A DNA stretch of 57,282 nucleotides, from positions 1 through 57,282 of the forward strand of contig JBEKJF010000002.1 of the NCBI GenBank assembly GCA_050011375.1, in the 5' to 3' direction. The translations under genes and the position numbers were made by a program. How positions within the stretch are numbered: the stretch's first letter is position 1; the number at the start of each line of letters is the position of its first letter. This document shows positions 52,278 to 57,282 of this stretch, one piece after another. Source of the DNA: Candidatus Sulfotelmatobacter sp. (GTDB taxonomy: Bacteria; Acidobacteriota; Terriglobia; Terriglobales; Acidobacteriaceae). The notes under the pieces are model-generated. The model made no database searches. It saw only the letters and a list, made by a program, of their open reading frames with translations, and was not told the DNA's origin.

Positions 52278-52415
52278 AGATGCGACTCGATTGCAACTAG
52301 CAGCACTTCGCTTCTTCCCCCTCGAATCCCGGCGGATTAGCAATCGAAGGCTAAAGCATAGCGTTAGATGCGACTGATTTGCAACTGGAAGATTTACAAC
52401 TGAAGCTTGCAAGCT
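52278..52415. promoter_or_regulatory. Repeated GAT(T)TGCAACT boxes and a perfect 12-nt palindrome in the fur / TonB-dependent receptor divergent region
   Basis: agatgcgactcgattgcaactag (52278-52300), agatgcgactgatttgcaactgg (52366-52388), agatttacaactga (52390-52403) and agcttgcaagct (52404-52415). Confidence 0.4.
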
Positions 52416-52437
52416 GGAAGCGCTTTTCAAGAAATCA

Positions 52438-55400
52438 ATGCGGAGTCTTTTCAAAACAATCTTGCGCCGCTTGTGCCTATCCCTGTGCTTCGTGGCGACA
52501 GCCTTCGCCGGCGTAGGCGGCAGCATCTCCGGCACAATCCAAGATCCCTCGGGCGCGGCGATCGCCAAAGCCTCCGTCACTGTGATCAATACCAGTACAG
52601 GCGTCCGCCAATCTGCTATCACCGACAGTCACGGCACTTATGTTTTCCCAGTCCTTCCCGTCGGCGGCTACGCCCTCGAAGTGAACGAGCCTGGCTTCAA
52701 ACCTTACCGCCGCACCGGAATCACGCTCGACGCCAACAGCGCGCTGTTACTCGATGTTGTGCTGCAAGTAGGCGAGAGAACCGAAGCCATCACAGTCAAC
52801 CAGAACGCGGTTCACGTCGAAACCTCCAGCTCTCAAATGGGCGAAGTCATCACCGGCACCACCATGACCGAGGTCCCTCTGAATGGCCGTAGCTATACCG
52901 ACCTGCTCTCTCTTCAGGCCGGAGTCGCGCCCGCCACATCCATCACCTCCAGCACGGTGCAGGATGTCGGCGCGAGCGCCTTCTCACCCTCCGGAGACTT
53001 GAACCCCGGCACCGTTTCCATCAACGGCCAGCGCGAGTTCGCAAACAGTTTCATGGTGAATGGCAGCGACGTCGAAGAAGACGTCAACATGGGTACTGCC
53101 ATCATTCCCAATCTCGATTCCATCGCCGAGTTCCGAATTCTCACCAACAATTTCGACGCGGAATACGGCGAATACAGCGGCGGTCAGATCAACGTCATCA
53201 CCAAGTCCGGCACCAACGCATTTCACGGCGACGTGTTTGAATTCCTGCGCAACACCAATCTGGACGCTCGCAATTACTTCTCTCCCACTCGCGGCTCCTT
53301 TAATCAAAACCAATTCGGCGCAACTCTCGGCGGACCCGTCACTCGAAACAAGATCTTCTTCTTCTCCGACTATCAAGGCACGCGCCAGACCCAGGGCGTC
53401 GACACGGGACGAATTGTTGTGCCGTCCGCTCTGGACCGATCTGGCAATCTGTCGGACCTGTCCAGTTCCTTCTACACCACAGAACTTGTGAATGGGCAAC
53501 CAGTCGTAGTGCCAGTGCTTGTAACTGGCCCCGCTTGGGCGAGCACGCTCTCTCAGAATTTTCGTTACGCTGTCTACGTCGGGGAGCCCTATTATTTCCC
53601 GGGCTGCACCAACACAAACTATTCGCCAGGCACCACCACCGCGTGTGTTCTTCCCACGCTGCAAATCCCCACAAGTGCGTGGTCTGCTCCCGCCCAGCAT
53701 TTGCTGCAATACATTCCCGCGCCGAATCAGTCCGGCAACTACTTCGCAACATCCGTCAACGACCAGACCCTCCATGACAACAAAGGCGCACTTCGCCTCG
53801 ACGCCAACACGCGCTGGGGCCTATTCTCGTCCTACTATTTCCTCGACGACTTTTCGCAGGACAATCCCTATCCCACAGCTCAAGGCGGAGCGAATGTGCC
53901 GGGCTTCAACGCCTTGAATCTGGGTCGAGCGCAACTCCTGAACTTGGGCAACACGAGAACGCTGGGTGGAACGGCAGTCAACGAATTCCGCTTCAGCTAC
54001 TTGCGGGACTCGAATGATCTGGGTCGTCCGCAGGGAGGACTCGGCGTCAGCCTCGCATCTCAGGGTTTCGAAGTCGGGCCGAATACTCCCGGAATCGTAC
54101 CTCTTTCGCCGCAAACCGAGGGCGTGGAGAACGTCGTCTTCAACAACTACTCCATCGGAACCAACACCAACGAGCTCCATCAAACCAACAACACCTTCCA
54201 GTGGCTCGACAACTTTTCAAAAGTCGTCGGCACTCATACCATGAAGTTTGGCGGCGAGTTTCACTACGACCAGGTCAACACTCACGCCATCGCGCAGTTC
54301 AATGGCAGCTTCCTGTTCTTCGGCAGCCAGACCGGATCTGATTTCGCCGATTTTCTTCTCGGCGCTCCCACGCAATACAACCAAAGCCAACTCCAACCCT
54401 TCTACGGACGCAACAAATATCTCGGCCTCTACGCCCAGGACAGTTGGCGCCTGCGGCCCAAGCTCACGCTGAATTATGGTTTGCGCTGGGATCGCATTGA
54501 ACCTTGGTATGAAAAATACAATCAAGTCGCGACCCTGGAGCCTGGCCGCCAGTCTGTTGTCTTTCCCGGCGCTCCTGCTGGAATCCTCTTTCCAACCGAC
54601 CCGATGGGTGGCGGAAAACAAGTTCCGCGCACCTTAGCTCCGCCCGGCAACAAAGACTTCGCGCCGCGCGTCGGCATCGTCTACTCGCCCACGGCAGACT
54701 CACGTTCGCTTCTCGGCAAGATCCTCGGAGGCCCGGGCCAAACCAGCCTCCGCGCCGGCTTCGGCACGTTCTACACCGCCATCGAAGCGCTCACCATCGG
54801 AGTGCTCAGCGCCAACGCACCCTACGGCACCACCTATACCAGTCCCACACCGCCGCTGTTCGCCACGCCATTCCTTTCCGCCTCCACCGGCCAGGGCAGC
54901 CAATACTTTCCGGTGCAACTGGCCCCGCTCGATTCCTCGGCGAGCCATCCCGACCCCAACATCGATTGGTCGCAGTACGAGCCCATCAGCGGACTTCCCG
55001 CCTATCCCACCACCAACCGCATTCCCTACACTGAGGAATACATGTTCTCCGTGGAGCGCCAACTCTCTCCAAACACCGTGCTCAGCGCCAGCTACGTGGG
55101 CACCCAAGGACATCGCCTGCTCGCGCTCGTAGAAGCTAACCCCGGCAATCCCGCTCTGTGTTTATTCCTGAGCAATCCCGCAACCCTCCAGCCGCAATCG
55201 CCGCCGCAAACGCCTTGCGGTCCATTCCTCGAAGGCAATACCTACCAGCCAGTTTCAGGCCAGACCATCAACGGAACTCGCGCCCCGCTGGGGTCAAACT
55301 TTGGCAGCGTCACAAACCAGGCCACAATCGGCAACTCCAACTACAACGCGTTAGAAGTCACTCTGCGCCACCACACCGAACACCTGGAGATTCTTGCCGG

Positions 55401-56052
55401 CTACACCTACAGCAAGTCGCTCGATCAGGCTTCGAATCTTGGCGAAGAGATCAACCCTATCAACCCCGCGCTGAGCAAGGCTCTCTCAGCCTTCGATGTG
55501 AAGCAGAACTTCGTGGTGAGCTACAACTATGAACTTCCCTTCGAACATCTCTCCGGCCATTCGAATCGCTGGACCCAAGGCTGGGCGCTCTCCGGCATTA
55601 TTCGCTACAGCACCGGATTTCCAGTCACGCTCTACAACTACGGCGACAACTCCTTACTGGGAACTGAACCAAACGGCGTGAACAACTTCGGCGTCGACGA
55701 ACCTCAGTACACTCCCGGCCCGCTTGCGCTGAATCACAATCCCCGCAACGCCGCTCCGTACTTCAATACCAGCCTCTTCAGTCTTCAGCCTTTGGGCGAA
55801 CCGGGCAACGCCAAGCGGCGTTTCTTCTACGGCCCGGGCATCGACAACTACGACATGGCGCTGCTAAAAAATGTGGCCCTTACTGAATCCAAGTCGCTTC
55901 AATTTCGCTTCGAGGCATTCAACGTCTTCAACCACGCTCAGTTCTATGGACCGGCTTCCGTAAACGGCAACGTCAACAGCTCTTCCTTCGGAGAGGTAGT
56001 CAGCGCGGCCGCTCCCCGGCTGATGCAGGCCGCGGTCAAGTTCATCTTCTAG
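52438..56052 (+). CDS. TonB-dependent outer-membrane receptor with an N-terminal carboxypeptidase-regulatory-like domain
   Basis: 1204 aa. The signal peptide is followed by GSISGTIQDPSGAAIAKASVTVIN...GTYVFPVLPVGGY, then the plug and barrel, with a C-terminal ...AAVKFIF. Confidence 0.9.
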   Translation: MRSLFKTILRRLCLSLCFVATAFAGVGGSISGTIQDPSGAAIAKASVTVINTSTGVRQSAITDSHGTYVFPVLPVGGYALEVNEPGFKPYRRTGITLDANSALLLDVVLQVGERTEAITVNQNAVHVETSSSQMGEVITGTTMTEVPLNGRSYTDLLSLQAGVAPATSITSSTVQDVGASAFSPSGDLNPGTVSINGQREFANSFMVNGSDVEEDVNMGTAIIPNLDSIAEFRILTNNFDAEYGEYSGGQINVITKSGTNAFHGDVFEFLRNTNLDARNYFSPTRGSFNQNQFGATLGGPVTRNKIFFFSDYQGTRQTQGVDTGRIVVPSALDRSGNLSDLSSSFYTTELVNGQPVVVPVLVTGPAWASTLSQNFRYAVYVGEPYYFPGCTNTNYSPGTTTACVLPTLQIPTSAWSAPAQHLLQYIPAPNQSGNYFATSVNDQTLHDNKGALRLDANTRWGLFSSYYFLDDFSQDNPYPTAQGGANVPGFNALNLGRAQLLNLGNTRTLGGTAVNEFRFSYLRDSNDLGRPQGGLGVSLASQGFEVGPNTPGIVPLSPQTEGVENVVFNNYSIGTNTNELHQTNNTFQWLDNFSKVVGTHTMKFGGEFHYDQVNTHAIAQFNGSFLFFGSQTGSDFADFLLGAPTQYNQSQLQPFYGRNKYLGLYAQDSWRLRPKLTLNYGLRWDRIEPWYEKYNQVATLEPGRQSVVFPGAPAGILFPTDPMGGGKQVPRTLAPPGNKDFAPRVGIVYSPTADSRSLLGKILGGPGQTSLRAGFGTFYTAIEALTIGVLSANAPYGTTYTSPTPPLFATPFLSASTGQGSQYFPVQLAPLDSSASHPDPNIDWSQYEPISGLPAYPTTNRIPYTEEYMFSVERQLSPNTVLSASYVGTQGHRLLALVEANPGNPALCLFLSNPATLQPQSPPQTPCGPFLEGNTYQPVSGQTINGTRAPLGSNFGSVTNQATIGNSNYNALEVTLRHHTEHLEILAGYTYSKSLDQASNLGEEINPINPALSKALSAFDVKQNFVVSYNYELPFEHLSGHSNRWTQGWALSGIIRYSTGFPVTLYNYGDNSLLGTEPNGVNNFGVDEPQYTPGPLALNHNPRNAAPYFNTSLFSLQPLGEPGNAKRRFFYGPGIDNYDMALLKNVALTESKSLQFRFEAFNVFNHAQFYGPASVNGNVNSSSFGEVVSAAAPRLMQAAVKFIF

Positions 56053-56091
56053 AGGTCGCGGAGGAAATCGCAAACGCGTGCAGTGCCGTGC

Positions 56092-56147
56092 AAGAGCGGC
56101 GCTTCGGCGCCGCGTCAGATACCCTGGATGAAACGGGCTTCAGCCCC
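56092..56147. repeat. Intergenic copy of the ~55-nt hairpin element also found inside the hydantoinase CDS
   Basis: gcggcgc-ttcg-gcgccgc hairpin, then gcttcagcccc. Confidence 0.75.
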
Positions 56148-56410
56148 CGGCAGGCCGGCCCTGCATTGGCCACCCCTTTTAGCGGTGTCAACCCCGCAAG
56201 CACCTTATCAGACCGTCATCGCCTTCCTGCGACTTCCACCCCACCCCAAGCATCAAACGGCAGTGATACGATATTAAGGTTGACCCCAATTTGGGGTAGC
56301 CATCATAGGTATTCAAATACGATCGTCCGGGTCCCGGCAAAGACACTCGTTGTTTCCAAAACACGGGAGCGTCCGCCGACAACGCGACGTTACAACGAGG
56401 AGATACGAAT

Positions 56411-56743
56411 ATGGCAGGTAATGGAATCGTCGAAGTCACCGATGCGAACTTCGACCAGGATGTATTGAAATCCGATACGCCCGTTCTGGTGGATTTCTGG
56501 GCAACATGGTGCGGCCCTTGCCGCGCCATCGCTCCGATCGTCGAGGAGCTGGCCAAGGACTACCAGGGCAGAATCAAAATCGGCAAGATGGATGTCGACT
56601 CCAACAGCTCCACTCCGATGCGCTACAAAGTGACCGGCATCCCAACGCTGCTCGTCTTCAAAGGCGGACAAGTCGTGGAGCAGATAGTCGGCTACAAGCC
56701 CAAGGAAGCCATCGCGCAGGCGCTCGACCGCCACGTGGGTTAA
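56411..56743 (+). CDS. trxA: Thioredoxin
   Basis: The WATWCGPCRAIAP active site is present. 110 aa. Confidence 0.96.
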   Translation: MAGNGIVEVTDANFDQDVLKSDTPVLVDFWATWCGPCRAIAPIVEELAKDYQGRIKIGKMDVDSNSSTPMRYKVTGIPTLLVFKGGQVVEQIVGYKPKEAIAQALDRHVG

Positions 56744-56770
56744 GGCGGCTTCTAGCTTTCTAGCTGCTAG
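56744..56770. repeat. Short TCTAGCT-type word array after trxA
   Basis: ggcggct tctagct ttctagct gctag. Confidence 0.7.
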
Positions 56771-56788
56771 TCGGAAAACTTAATCTTA

Positions 56789-56828
56789 AACGCACGCGGA
56801 CACAGTGAGTCGCGTGCGTTTTCTTTTT
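56789..56828 (+). terminator. Hairpin terminator between convergent trxA and the DUF3224 gene
   Basis: aacgcacgcg-N12-cgcgtgcgtt followed by ttcttttt. Confidence 0.75.
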
Positions 56829-56867
56829 CCCGACACCCACCGCGTCGCCCGAAGGCCGAAGCCCGAC

Positions 56868-57269
56868 CTACTGCGTTTCCGGCACCGTGTATTCGAATTC
56901 GTACGAGTGCTTCCCGGCATCGATCTTGATATTCATCGTCCCCGTAAGCCCCTCGAGTTGGCCAGTGCCCGAATCGGGCACAACCGTGACGCTCAACTGC
57001 GGCGTGCCCCGCGTCATGGTGCCGCTGTGCTGCAAGACGAAGCTGCCCGTGCGTCCTTTCAGTGTCCCGGTAACGCGCTCCATCGCGACATATCCCCCGG
57101 AGCCCTTGACCACGGCCGCAGCCGAGGCCAGCATGAACCCCCTGCTGGTTCCCTGCAGATCGCCATGAAACTGCTTGTCAATCGACATCCGGCCCAGCCC
57201 CGCATCCCCATCTTCAACCGCCTGCGGCGTAACCTTCACGTCAAACATTCCACCAGCATGCATCATCAT
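56868..57269 (-). CDS. DUF3224 domain protein
   Basis: 133 aa with FDVKVTPQ...GRMSIDKQFHGDLQGTS.G.ML...GGYVAMERVTGTL.GR.GSFVLQH, typical of this family (recognised from memory). Confidence 0.75.
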   Translation of the reverse strand: MMMHAGGMFDVKVTPQAVEDGDAGLGRMSIDKQFHGDLQGTSRGFMLASAAAVVKGSGGYVAMERVTGTLKGRTGSFVLQHSGTMTRGTPQLSVTVVPDSGTGQLEGLTGTMNIKIDAGKHSYEFEYTVPETQ

Positions 57270-57282
57270 AACTTTGTCCGTA

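Overview
This is a 57.3-kb high-GC bacterial chromosomal window. Gene content suggests Acidobacteriota: a GloVer-repeat secreted protein, a CarboxypepD_reg-type TonB-dependent receptor, and many GC-rich palindromic intergenic repeats. That assignment is inference, not verified.

Positions 1-13408 are one unbroken minus-strand string of core genes: rpsL-rpsG-fusA-[HEPN-like + unknown 178 aa]-tuf-rpmG-tRNA-Trp-secE-nusG-[retropepsin-like protease]-rplK-rplA-rplJ-rplL-rpoB. rpoB runs off the window. rpoB, rpmG and the tRNA are absent from the supplied ORF track and were read from the sequence.

Downstream, in order:
- a visibly more AT-rich Fic islet
- a molybdopterin oxidoreductase
- bamA-skp and a TonB-like gene
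- alr
- a multicopper oxidase
- a PLC/AcpA-type phosphoesterase
- a GloVer protein
- sucA carrying an in-frame TAG
- a Phd/VapC pair
- a hydantoinase/oxoprolinase
- a phosphate block (OmpR-type regulator + PhoR-like kinase, Pit + DUF47, a tiny basic secreted protein, PhoU)
- fpr
- a Zn-PLC-like + YncE-like propeller operon
- a HEAT protein
- an uncharacterised LTVFPV...CVEPGRW protein beside an extended sigma/anti-sigma pair
- fur, divergent from a 1204-aa TonB-dependent receptor
- trxA
- a DUF3224 gene

Most noteworthy observations:
1. A HEPN-like + unknown two-gene cassette is wedged between fusA and tuf.
2. A retropepsin-like protease is translationally abutted to nusG.
3. Phased heptanucleotide tandem repeats (AGCUARR, CCCTNNN) fill intercistronic spacers, and one array sits in frame inside a CDS.
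4. An intergenic palindromic element is inserted in frame into the hydantoinase gene.
5. Conserved genes carry oddities: a double zinc-ribbon-like insertion in RpoB, a perfect 9-nt tandem duplication in tuf, and an in-frame TAG in sucA.
6. A compact promoter-hairpin-terminator sRNA candidate lies next to fur.
7. An AT-rich island carries five copies of a TAAAATATT motif.

No CRISPR array, rRNA, transposase or integrase was seen. All homology calls come from motif recognition by eye; no searches were run.
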